A stretch of 64,000 bases of DNA, taken from the NCBI RefSeq assembly GCF_030684315.1, contig NC_081358.1:76507817-76571816 (forward strand), read 5' to 3'. A model generated the notes under the pieces. The model was not told the DNA's origin. It saw nothing but the letters and a program-made list of their open reading frames with translations, and did no database searches. Every line of letters starts with the position of its first letter. The first letter of the stretch is position 1. A program made the position numbers and the translations under genes. Below are positions 23,741 through 35,660 of the stretch, one piece after another. The stretch is from Stegostoma tigrinum. Lineage: Eukaryota.

Positions 23741-24147
23741 ATTTGTCTTATATTAGCTTATCTAGTCATTTGATTTAAGTCACATGATTTTTTGGAAAGG
23801 TCGATTTAGCTCACTTGAAAGATCAGACATTCAGAAAGTTGAAAGCCAAAAACCCATCCACATTTACTACAGGAATTGAAGTTTCCAAATCATAGCAATA
23901 TAGAATTTTTCATCACAGACGACATATTATGACACAGTTATGCCTGTTATATGATTAAAGTACACATAAGGTGTGATATGATAAGTCGATTTGGTTATTA
24001 TTGAATGTATTAGTCTAGTATTATGTAAGAGCGTAGTCAACTCACTTCAGTACAGATTGTCTTCAAAGAGGATATTAATAATAAAATGGCTAAGAAGCCA
24101 ATAATCATAAAGTGTCAGGAGACATATCAATGAATGATCAAGACACT

Positions 24148-27100
24148 TAACATGGACAATTGGGGCTCATTCTGGGGAAGGTGGGACCTCTACAAACAGG
24201 ACGGTCTCCACTTGAACCAGAGGGGCACTAATATCCTGGGTGGGAAATTTGCTAGTGCTATTCAGGTGGATTTAAACTAGCTCAGAAGGGGGATGGGAAA
24301 CTGAGGTGTAGTCCTAGTACACAGGAGGATGAGTGTAGGGAGGACATGGTCAGGACCTCACTGTCACAGGAGTGTGCTGGCAGACAGCAAGCTGGATTGA
24401 AGTGTGTCTACTTTAATGCCAGGAGTATCCGGAATAAGGTAGGTGAGCTTGCAGCTTGGAGAGGTACCTGGGACTTCGATGTTGTGGCCATTTCGGAGAC
24501 ATGGATAGAGCAGGGTCAGGAATGGATGTTGCAGGTTCCAGGGTTTAGATCTTTCATTAAGGTCAGGGAAGGTGGTAAAAGAGGGGGAGGTGTGGCTTTG
24601 TTGGTCAAGGACAGTATAACGGCGGCTGAAAGAACCTTTGAGGAGTCGTCTACTGAGGTGGTATGGGCTGAGGTTGCCGAGGAAGGTTTGTCGGCTGAGT
24701 CAGTATGGGTGGAAGTTAGGAACAGCAATGGAGCAGTCACCTCACTGGGGGTTTTCTACAGACCCCCAAATAGCAGTAAGGAGATCGAAGAACTCATAGG
24801 CCGGCAGATTGTTGAAAAGTGCAAGGTTGTTGTTATGGGTGACTTCAACTTTCCCAATATAGATTGGAACCTCCTTAGTGCAGATGGTTTGGATGGAGCC
24901 GTTTTTGTCAGGTGTGTTCAGAAGGGTTTCCTTACTCAGTATGTGGACAGGCTGACGAGGGGGGAGGCCATTTTGGATTTGGTGCTCGGCAATGAACCAG
25001 GACAGGTGTCAGATCTCGTGGTGGGAGAACACTTTGGCGACAGTGACCACAACAGCCTCACATTTACCATAGCCATGGAAAGGGAAAGGAGCAGTTACCA
25101 GGGGAAGATATTTAACTGGGGAAAAGGAAACTATGACGCTATCAGACAGGAGTTGGGAAGTACAGATTGGGAGCAATTGTTCCACAGAAAGGGCACAGCA
25201 GACATGTGGAGGCTGTTTAAGGAGCAGTTGTTGCAAGTGATGTATAAATTTGTTCCTCTGAGACAGGTAAGAAGGGGTAAAATTAAGGAGCCTTGGATGA
25301 CGGGTACAGAGGTGGTTCTTGTCAAAACGAAAAAGGCAGCTTATGTAAGGTGGAGGAAGCAAGGGTCTAGCACGGCTTTGGAGTATTACAGGCTTGCTTG
25401 GAAGGAGCTCAAAAGTGGACTGAGGAGGGCCAGGACAGCGCACGAAAAAGGCTTGGCAGGAAGGATTAGGGAGAACCCGAAGGCATTTTACTCATACGTG
25501 AGGAATAAGAGAATGATCAGGGAGAAGGGTAGGGCCAATCAGGGGTAGCGTAGGGAACTTGTGTGTGGAGTCTGAGCAGATAGGGGAAGCCCTAAATGAG
25601 TTTTTTGCTTCGGTTTTCACTAAGGAAAGGGACCTTGTTGTGAATGAGAACTTTGAGGAGCAGGAAAACAGGCTTGAACAGATCAAGATTGAGGAAGTTG
25701 ATGTGCTGGAAATTTTGGTAAACATTAAGATTGGTAAGTCCCCAGGGCCAGACCAGATTTATCCTAGGCTGCTCCGGGAAGCGAGAAAGGAGGTTGCTAA
25801 GCCGCTGGCAAAGATCTTTGCTTCCTCACTCTCCACGGGAGCCATACCAGAAGATTGGAGAGAGGCAAATGTTGTTCCTCTTTTCAAGAAAGAGAATAGG
25901 GAAATCCCTGGAAATTACAGACCAGTCAGTCTTATGTCTGTGGTCAGCAAGGTTTTGAAAAGAATTCTGAGGGATAGGATTTATGACTATTTGGAAACAT
26001 AGCGTGATTAAAGGGAGTCAGCATGGCTTTTTGAGGGGCCGATCATGCCTTACAAATCTTATTGAGTTCTTTGAGGAAGTCACGAGACAGGTTGACGAGG
26101 GTCAAGCAGTGGATGTGGTGTACATGGACTTCAGCAAGGCATTTGATAAGGTTCCCCACGGCAGGCTCATTCATAAAGTAAGGGGGTATGGGGTACAGGG
26201 TGATTTGGCTGTCTGGATTCAGAATTGGTTGGCTGACAGGAGGCAGAGAGTGGTTGTAGATGATAAATATTCTGCCTGGAGGTCAGTGCTGAGTGGTGTC
26301 CCGCAGGGCTCTGTTCTTGGGCCTCTGCTGTATGTAGTTTTTATAAATGACTTGGATGAGGAGGTTGAGGGGTGGGTTAGTATGTTTGCTGATGACACAA
26401 AGATTGGAGGTGCCGTTGATAGTATCGAGGGCTATTGCAGGCTTCAGCGAGACATTGACAGAATGCAGAGCTGGGCTGAGAAATGGCAGATGGAGTTCAA
26501 CCTGGATAAATGTGAAGTGATGCATTTTGGAAGGTTGAAATTAAATGCTGAATATAGGATTAAAGGCAGGATTCTCGGCAGTGTGGAGGAACAGCGGGAT
26601 CTTGGTGTTCAAGCGCATAGCTCCCTCAAAGTTGCCAACCAGGTGGATAAGGTTGTTAAGAAAGCATATGGTGTTTAGGCTTTCATTAACAGGGGGATCA
26701 AGTTTAAGAGCCATGAGGTTATGCTGCAGCTGTACAAAACCCTGGTGAGACCAGACTTGGAATATTGTGTCCAGTTCTGGTCGCCCTATTATAGGAAAGA
26801 TGTGGAGGCTTTGGAGACGGTGCAAAGGAGGTTTAGCAGGATGCTGCCTGGATTGGAGGGCTTGTCTTATGAGGAGAGGTTGACTGAGCTCGGACTTTTC
26901 TCTCTGGAGAGAAGGAAGAAGAGAGGTGACCTGATCGAGGTGTACAAGGTAATGTGAGGCATGGATAGAGTCGATAGCCAGAGACTTTTCCCCAGGTCAG
27001 GATTGACTGCCACGAGAGGTCATAGTTTTAAGGTGTTAGGAGGAAGGTATAGAGGAGAGGTCAGAGGGAGATTCTTTCCCCAGAGAGTTGTGAGTGCATG

Positions 27101-27302
27101 GAATAGTTTACCAGTGGTAGTCGTGGAAGCAGAGTCATTAGAGACTTTTAAGCGACTGCTGGACATGCATATGGACAGCAGTGAATTGAGGGGAATGTAG
27201 GTTAGGTTATTTTATTTTTGGATTAGGAATATTCCACGGCACAACATTGTGGGCCGAAGGGCCTGTACTGTGCTGTACTTTTCTATGTTCTATATATGTT
27301 CT
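24148..27302 (+). mobile_element. Near full-length CR1 LINE (end of ORF1, ORF2, 3'UTR) with 8-bp TSD
   Basis: ORF1 tail WGRWDLYKQDGLHLN (DxxH esterase motif) ending at 24280; EN and RT; ttctatg repeats at the 3' end; aagacact at 24140-24147 and 27303-27310. Confidence 0.97.
24346..27200 (+). pseudogene. CR1 ORF2 (APE endonuclease plus RT) with frameshifts and stops
   Basis: YFNARSIRNK, ISETW, FYRPP, MGDFN, SDHN; [31 protein letters not shown], split over five ORFs. Confidence 0.95.
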
Positions 27303-27310
27303 AAGACACT

Positions 27311-27940
27311 CATAAGAAGGGTCTCATTCAGCAAATTTTGAAACCTCTATGAGCCAAATAGACTGGAGTCAAAGATTGATGAGAAAAACTGTAGATGAAC
27401 AATGGACTACCTTCACAGAAGAGATGGCTTGGATACAGTTAAGGTATATTCCCTTAAAAAGAAAAGGTGTGAAAAATAAATCCAGAACTTCCTCAATATA
27501 AAAGGAGATAGAATTAGAATAAAGTAGTGAAACTGTACTTCTGACAGGTATCAGGTGGAAGGTACAATTGAGATCCAAGCTGAAAACAAAAAGGTCAAAA
27601 GATGGTTAAAAATAAGCCAATAAGGGAAGTAAAAAATAATTATGAGAGAAAGAAATAACTGGCAGCAAGTATAAAGGAGAATCCTCAAGTTTCCTCCAGT
27701 CACAAGAGACTAGTAAAAGGTTGGTGGAAGGAGCATTCAGGCCAATCAGGGTCAACAGGGTTTTGTACAGAAAGGTAGGAGGCATGGCTGAGGCATTAAA
27801 TGATTTTTTTTGCATTTTCCTTTACCAAGGAAAGTGATGTCTCCCAAGCGATGGTGACAAAGGAGAAAACTCAGGCTGTCACTAGAGAGCAGAAGTTTGA
27901 TAAGAAGAAGGATTGGATAAGCAAGTTGAAAATAAAACCT
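27311..27940 (+). mobile_element. Older CR1 linker fragment, the host site of the 24-27 kb insertion
   Basis: KTVDEQWTTFTEE-like segment, ggcatggctgaggcattaaatga..tttaccaagga (MAEALN..FTKE). Confidence 0.65.
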
Positions 27941-30492
27941 CCTTTCTTTAAGGCTAAAGTGGATTTATTATCTTCTGTTGAAGTTAATTGGGCATTGCAG
28001 AGAGATTCCACCAGCAAAAGGCATTGATGTGCCCTCAGATTTTTACTGTCTTCCCCGGTCATGCAAATAATTCCATCTTCAGGATCTATGCACTGATCTC
28101 TCACCTGGAGACAAGACAATAGGGGTCTCTGTGCTCATAAAGCCAAGCACATAAATTTTGGATTGAATATTTTTAAATCTGAAGGTAATCCCCCAAGGAC
28201 AATATTGTATTTGGATTTGCTCAAAATCTCTAATTAAGAGGAAGAAAATGAAAATGTGGTATTTGAAAGAAAGGCAATAAAATGAGTCATTTGATTTATT
28301 TTGTTCTACGTACCTTTTTATCATTTAACTTTCTCATTTCACATTTATGTTAGTGTTAACTAGAAAAAAAAGAGACTGTAAACACATGGGAGGGTATTAC
28401 ACAATGTTTCATGCATTCATTCAAAATTCTTCGCTATTATTTTAGCGCTGATAATTTTTTTAGACCAAGACATTGAGCTTTTGATTAATAGTATGACATA
28501 GGTAAGACCAATGAACTGTGAAACAAATGAAGTCGGATATTCTTCCTGATATTACAAGATGGCTATAATCTTCCAAGAGGATCTCTAGCCTTCTGTGACT
28601 TAGAGGAAGTATTTTAATCAAATTTATACAAAACATAATTCAAAGATATGTGGAGCATTTTAAAAGTATGTTTCATTTTTCAAATGAAAAACAAGTTTAG
28701 CTTCATAAAAATGAAAATGAAATTTTGTATGTCAGAATAGTGTTTGGATGAGCAAGCACCTTGTGTGAGTGAAAATGAATAAACTTTGCTATGCCTTATG
28801 GCAGGTTGCACACTTATACTCTCTGCAGGGAAGAAGGGACCTAATCTAAAAAAAAATCAGTGTTTAATTGAGTTGAGGAAAATCCAAAGGAGACAATTAT
28901 TTTCTTTCCTCAAACATTCAGCAATATCAAACATAAATGTCTGGCTTCGACTGAAATAAATAATTCAATTTCATTTCCTCTAAAGAACAAGTCTGTTTCA
29001 CTCACATTACATTGCATGCTTATCAAAAGTTAATGGCATGGGTTGTATCAATCATGCATGGTGATGGAAGGTCATTTATGGCACATGTGATATTAAGAAT
29101 ATTGCATGTGAAAATGATAAAAAAAAATTGGTGTATATAGAATTTATCATGCAATAATGAAATTGGTCTGCATTTCTACCACTGAAAATTTAACATCTGT
29201 AAAATATTTATTGGTTTAAAAGTACTTCTCAAATCTTAGGTGGAACTCAGTTATGATTTGGCATCATTGAGAAGTGTTACTTCAGATAAATCAGTTGACA
29301 TAAAAAAGGATTTTGCTGATTTCCTAAAACTTTATTTAAATTTTTTTCTGTTTCGGTCGAATGAGGCCCATCTTGTTGGAGTCATCTTGCCCTGAATTTA
29401 TACTGCATGACTTGTCTATTTCTAACTTCTCACCCCTAGGTTATTAACCCATTGATAAGACGCCAATTGCAACTTTGACTGAATTTTTGCAGCTTCTGAA
29501 GAACAGATGATAAAATATGGTGAGAACAAAAGAACATGAGATTCTCAACCAGGAAAGCAAAGTATTAATAATGAGACGTGAGTCCCACTAGTGAATGACA
29601 GGAACCTACTTTACATATTAACATCTCATCAACACCTAATTGCATCTCATTTATATACAGTTCGCCTTTTACCAGGCAGTGGAGCGAAGCTAGGTGGTGA
29701 TATTTCTAAACGTGGAGGTTTGAGAGGGTACCTTTCGGCTGAAACCTATATGGACAGCTATATGGATGTTATATGGACAGTGACTACCTGCATCCTTTCT
29801 TCATGAAGGTTGGCATCAGAAACAAATCAACCTGACCACATCGCTGGCACATCTTTGGCTCACTTCACTTTGCAGCAAACTGACACCTTTCATTTTAATA
29901 TTACTGCTTGGCAACTTTGCACACAGGGACAGGCCATTTTGTGTGTTGCTGCTTCACTTAGAACTTACATGCTCATAATACCTGCATCTTTCTTTGCCTT
30001 TTAGCAAGCACTAAGTGGAATAGCTTGAGTAGTTGTCAGCAATGGTTAGTCAAAGTGGTAGGCATGTTACTGTATGGCACCGTGCCATGTCAATGTCACA
30101 CCCATAGCATGTGCCAGCAGCTTACCTTGGTAAGCAAATTGCATGTGCTTCAAGCAAATGGCCACAGCTCTAAGTTTAAGGTGAGTAGTTTTCAGTTAAG
30201 GGGAACTGTTTCCAGTCAGGCTCTTGGACATGGTCAATCAGCCACTGGGATAGTCAGGGACAGGAGTTCCATTATCACCACTGTCCAAGAAGTGGATCAC
30301 TGTCAGTTTTGAAAGTCAAATACAATAAATCAAGGGATTACTGATAATTCAACTGGGAAGCTGCACAGACATCAGTCAAGGGTCTGGTATTCATCAGCCA
30401 ATGTCAGTCGGCTAGGTGAATTCTAAGGTTGTGCTCATTGAAAGTCAAAGGGGTTTATCAAGGGCCATCACTGCGGCACAAAAGGTGAAGAT

Positions 30493-31726
30493 AACAAAGT
30501 GTGTAGCTGGATGACCACCGCAGGCAAAGCAGCATCTCAGGAGCACAAAAGCTGATGTTTTGGGCCTAGACTGAGTGAAGGTGTTCTGCAAAGCAGTCCC
30601 CAAGCCTCCGCTTGGTTTTCCCAATGTAGAGGAAGCCACACCGGGTACAATGGATACAGTATACCACATTGGCAGATGTGCAGGTGAACATCTGCTTAAT
30701 ATGGAAAGTCATCTTGGAGTCTGGGATGGGGGTGAGGGAGGAGGTGTGGGGTCAAGTGTAGCACTTCCTGCAGTTGCAGGGGAAGGTGCCGGGTGTGGTG
30801 GGGTTAGAGGGCAGTGTGGAGTGGACAAGGGAGTGAAGGAGAGATTGGTCTCTCCGCAAGGCAGACAAGGGTGGGGATGGAAAAATGTCTTGGGTGGCGG
30901 ATTAAGAATCCCCCTTCTTCTCACATACCACCCCACCAACCTCCAGATACAACGCATCATCCTCCAACACTTCCGCCATCTACAATCTGACCCCACCACC
31001 CAAGACATTTTTCCATCCCCACCCTCGTCTGCCTTGCGGAGAGATCACTCTCTCCTTGACTCCCTTGTCCCCACACCTCCGCTCCATTCGCAATAAACAA
31101 CTGCACCTCCCATTTTAACTCCCCATCCCATTCCCTAGATGACATGTCCATCATGGGCCTCCTGCAGTGCCACAATGATGCCACCCGAAGGTTGCAGGAA
31201 CAGCAACTCATATTCCGCTTGGGAACCCTGCAGCCCAATGGTATCATTGTGGACTTCACAAGCTTCAAAATCTCCCCCTCCCCCACTGCATCCCAAAACC
31301 AGCCCAGCTTGTACCCTCCCCCCACTGCATCACAAAACCAGCCCAGCTCGTCCCCGCCTCCCTAACCTGTTCTTCCTCTCACCTATCCCCTCCTCCCACC
31401 TTAAGCCACACCTCCATTTCCCACCTACCAACCTCATCCCGCCTCCTTGACCTGTCTGTCCTCCCCGGACTGACCCATCCCCTCCCCAGCTCCCCACCTA
31501 AACTCTCCTCTCCACCTATCTTCTCCTCTATCCATCTTTGGTCCACCTCCCCTCTCTCCCTATTTATTTCAGAACGGTCTTTCCATCCCCCTCTCTAATG
31601 AAGGGTCTAGGCCCGAAACGTCAGCTTTTGTGCTCCTGAGATGCTGCTTGGCCTGCTGTGTTCATCCAGCTTCACACTTTGTTATCTTGGATTCTCCAGG
31701 ATCTGCAGTTCCCATTATCTCTGATC
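30493..31726. mobile_element. Internally deleted fold-back PLE of family 1: minus arm 30493-30903, plus arm 30904-31726
   Basis: GIY-YIG region antisense at 30575-30900, then sense RIPLLLTYHPTNLQ..MSIMGLLQCHND, pLTR and tail; acaaaaggtgaagat (30478) vs accaaagttgaagat (31727). Confidence 0.9.
31595..31624 (+). ncRNA. Hammerhead motif with G5-to-A core mutation, likely inactive
   Basis: ctaatgaagggtctaggcccgaaacgtcag. Confidence 0.5.
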
Positions 31727-31997
31727 ACCAAAGTTGAAGATGTCAGTTTGGGGGATTGGAGGCAAAATGCTGGGATGTGAAGGGGACAATATTTGTAACA
31801 GGTGACACTTTAACATATAAGGGTGAAGGTTGATACTACACACTAGAGGGCATGGGTTACTCCGAGAGGGACGATCATTGACAAGCACCACAACTCCAAA
31901 TTCAACAGTAGGGTTGGTGCATCATGATGTTTGGTATGACCAAGGAGTAGACATGAGAAGTATTGCTGGAAGATGGAGACCTAAAGGAAGACCTAAA

Positions 31998-32147
31998 GGA
32001 GGAGAGTTTAGGTGGGGAGCTGGGGAGGGGATGGGTCAGTCCGGGGAGGATGGACAGGTCAAGGAGGCGGGATGAGGTTGGTAGGTGGGAAATGGAGGTG
32101 TGGCTTGAGGTGGGAGGAGGGGATAGGTGAGAGGAAGAACAGGTTAG
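31998..32147 (-). repeat. PLE pLTR fragment, inverted near-copy of ~31364-31513
   Basis: Shares tttaggtggggagctgggg and gtccgggg variants with the neighbouring arm. Confidence 0.85.
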
Positions 32148-32474
32148 AAGAACATGTAGAAGGTCAGACTGACCGGGTCAACAAGGGACATGAAGGTTTT
32201 GGAGGGGGGCCACCTTGGTAACAGGCTGAGCCTGTGATTCACTCTCTGATTAGCAATCTGGGTTGCCTCCCATCCTATGTTGAAATATCATTTCTTTGTG
32301 ATGCAAATACTGAGTGCTCAGATTAATAAAAGCCTGATCTGTTCTAATGTTCTTCACACAAGGTCATTGCATGCATGAACATCTGCCTCAGTGAAGGCAG
32401 ACTCAACACAAAGTAACCATTTACCTTCAAGAGACAAAGTCCTATTTTCACATACACATACGACCTTTTCTCTA

Positions 32475-32860
32475 CCACTGACACTCTGTAACAGCAATGT
32501 GTACTATCTACCAGCTGCACTACAGAAATTCACCTAAGATCCTTAGACAGCACCTTCCAAACACATGGCCACTTCCATCTAGAAATACAAGGGCAACAGA
32601 TACATGGGAACACCATCACCTGCAAGATCCTCTCCAAGCTGCTCACCATCCTGATTTGGAAATATATCGCTGTTCTTACAATGTCGCTGAGTCGAAATGC
32701 TGGAATTCCCTCTCGAAGGGCATTGTGGGTCAACCCACAATATATGGACTGCAGTAGTTCAAGATGGAAGCTCACCACCACCTCTGAAGAGCATTTAGGG
32801 ATGGACAATAAACGCTGGGCCAGCCAACAACACCCATATCCTACGAGAGAATTTAAAAGA
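32475..32860 (+). mobile_element. Second LINE family 3' end
   Basis: CTIYQLHYRNSPKILRQHLPN..SKCWNSL; gggatggacaataaacgctgggccagcc..aaaagaaaa. Confidence 0.85.
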
Positions 32861-34249
32861 AAAGTTATTCGCCATCAGGTTCTCCTGTGCTGGCTGCAGG
32901 AGCGAATATCCACAGCCACCTCTGTACTGGCTGCATTGGTCAGTGGAGATGGCCTCTTGTTGCTATCCATAGGGAAAAAAAACTTCCATTCTCAAGTCAA
33001 ATAGCCTTCAGGAGTAGCACTCAGGAAGCATCACTAAAGCATGGCTCTGTTGTTTTACCTTGCCTGGGACTTCTGCAGCAGTGGATGTGAGAAGTGAGCA
33101 GAAGCTGAGTAATTTTCCTGGATTGTAGACAGTGAAGAGCTGTCTGTACGTCTTTTAAATAGGAAGCCTAGAATTTGTAGCAGGGAAGGGTGAGAATTTT
33201 ATGCCTGCCCTCTCCTTCGATTTGGTGTTTTGCTCTCTTGTGAATATTTGAGAAGCTGAGCAGAATGCTGTCATGTGGGATAATCTTGCACCAACCCGAG
33301 CGGAGGTCCTTGCAGTTACTCCACCACCATCATATTCAGGCTCAGAAATGAAAGCTTCTGCTCAATGCATCCCCGGCCCAACTTTGTACAAATCAAAACC
33401 AATGTCAAGCAGGTTTGGAATAGTTCATGAGTAACATCTTAAAAGAGCTCCTGTGGTAAACTAATTACTTGCATTTCGTTTCAAAAACAGTCAGGCCAAG
33501 GCCACAGCATGTTGACTGGTGTGCACTAACATGCTGGGAAAAGCTGAAGAAGAAATAAAAGAAAGCACAGCGTGATGTCAGGATCAGCAGACCCACAGGG
33601 AGCCTGGAGAATAATGCTCTGCACCTCATAATAAAATGTTGCAATTCTCTGAAGCCAGAATGATTGGACATCTCTTGCCTTAATCCTTATGAGTTGCCAT
33701 AACAACAGAATCTACCCACCTTAAACAGCAAGGGAGAAGGCAAAATTATAAAATAATTTCAGCTACTCTACCACCCACTTTCCTCCTGTTTAACCTTGTG
33801 TGCCAGCTAATATATGGTTCATTAGCAGGATTTGGAGGGGAGCTGTTAGGATACACAGAGGAAAAGCAACTCATTAAGAGAGAATTGGATTTATTTTTAA
33901 AAAATCTCTACCTCAATCATCACTTCTCTCTCTCTCACTAAACTAAATATATTGCTAAGGAAAGCAAGATGTTGAACGGACACAGGAGAAACAAAGATTT
34001 AACATTAAGTAAAGCTGTTAATGGTTAACTGACAGTAGATGACACTGGTTCTTGTGTGTGATTCACTGGGGAAGGTTAAAGGGTGATGTAGAAATTCATT
34101 GACATGGCTGATTTGCATCATGTGCCTCAGGTGTGCTATCCACCATATTTCATAGATATCCGTGACCCTCACTTTAAAAAAGGGAGTAGGCCTTTGCAAG
34201 TGTAGAGAAAGGGTCTTTCCCTTGGTCCAGGATATCATTCCATAATTAA

Positions 34250-35660
34250 AACATAGAACATAGAACAGTACAGCACAGAACAGGCCCTTCAGCCCATGAT
34301 GTTGTGCCGACCATTGATCCTCATGTATGCACCCTCAAATTTCTGTGACCATATGCATGTCCAGCAGTCTCTTAAATGTCCCCAATGACCTTGCTTCCAC
34401 AACTGCTGCTGGCAATGCATTCCATGCTCTCACAACTCTCTGTGTAAAGAACCCGCCTCTGACATGCCCTCTATACTTTCCTCCAACCAGCTTAAAACTA
34501 TGACCCCTCGTGTTAGCCATTTCTGCCCTGGGAAATAGTCTCTGGCTATCAACTCTACCTATGCCTCTCATTATCTTGTATACCTCAATTAGGTCCCCTC
34601 TCCTCCTCCTTTTCTCCAATGAAAAGAGTCCGAGCTCAGTCAACCTCTCTTCATAAGATAAGCCCTCCAGTCCAGGCAGCATCCTGGTAAACCTCCTCTG
34701 AACCCTCTCCAAAGCATCCACATCTTTCCTATAATAGGGTGACCAGAACTGGACGCAGTATTCCAAGTGCGGTCTAACCAAAGTTTTATAGATCTGCAAC
34801 AAGATCTCACGACTCTTAAACTCAATCCCCCTGCTAATGAAAGCCAAAACACCATATGCTTTCTTAACAACCCTGTCCACTTGGGTGGCCATTTTCAGGG
34901 ATCTATGTATCTGCACACCAAGATCCCTCTGTTCCTCCACACTGCCAAGAATCCTATCCCCTCACCCAAGTCATTAATAAAAATTACAAACAGTAGAGGC
35001 CCAAGGACAAAGCCCTGTGGAACACCACTCACCACTGACTTCCAGGCAGAATATTTTCCTTTTACTACCACTCGCTGTCTTCTGATGGCCAGCCAATTCT
35101 GTATCCAGACAGCTAAGTTCCCCTGTATCCCATTCCTCCTGACCTTCTGAATGAGCCTACCATGGGGAACCTTATCAAATGTCTTACTGAAGTCCATATA
35201 CACCACATCCACAGCTCGACCCTCATCAACTTTTCTAGTCACATCCTCAAAGAACTCGATAAGGTTTGTGAGGCATGACCTGCCCCTCACAAAGCCGTGT
35301 TGACTGCATTTAATCAAGCCATGCTCTTCCAGATGGTCATAAATCCTATCCCTCAGAATCCTTTCTAACACCTCGCAGATGACAGACGTGAGACTTACTG
35401 GTCTGTAATTGCCGGGGATTTCCCTATTTCCTTTCTTGAAGAGAGGAATTACATTTGCCTCTCTCCAGTCCTCAGGTACAACTCCAGTGGAGAGCGAGGA
35501 TGCAAAGATCTTCGCAAGTGGCGAAGCAATTGCATTTCTCATTTCCCAAAGCAGCCGAGGACAAATCTGGTCCGGGCCTGGGGACTTGTCAATCTTAATG
35601 TTTGACAAAATTTTCAGCACATCAGCTTCCTCTATCTCTGTCCATTCCAGCATGCACACC
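34250..35660 (-). mobile_element. 5'-truncated CR1 with the RT catalytic segment deleted
   Basis: ORFs 34895-35665 and 34335-34940; INDLGEGI joins directly to ILGSVEEQ; catagaacatagaac terminus. Confidence 0.96.

Noticed and set aside
24346-25548. 400-aa endonuclease ORF as a possible domesticated gene
   Set aside because: It is part of a TSD-flanked CR1 whose downstream ORF2 is broken, so it is simply a young copy.
33693-33706. RFX X-box-like gttgccataacaac
   Set aside because: A single short motif with no supporting promoter context.
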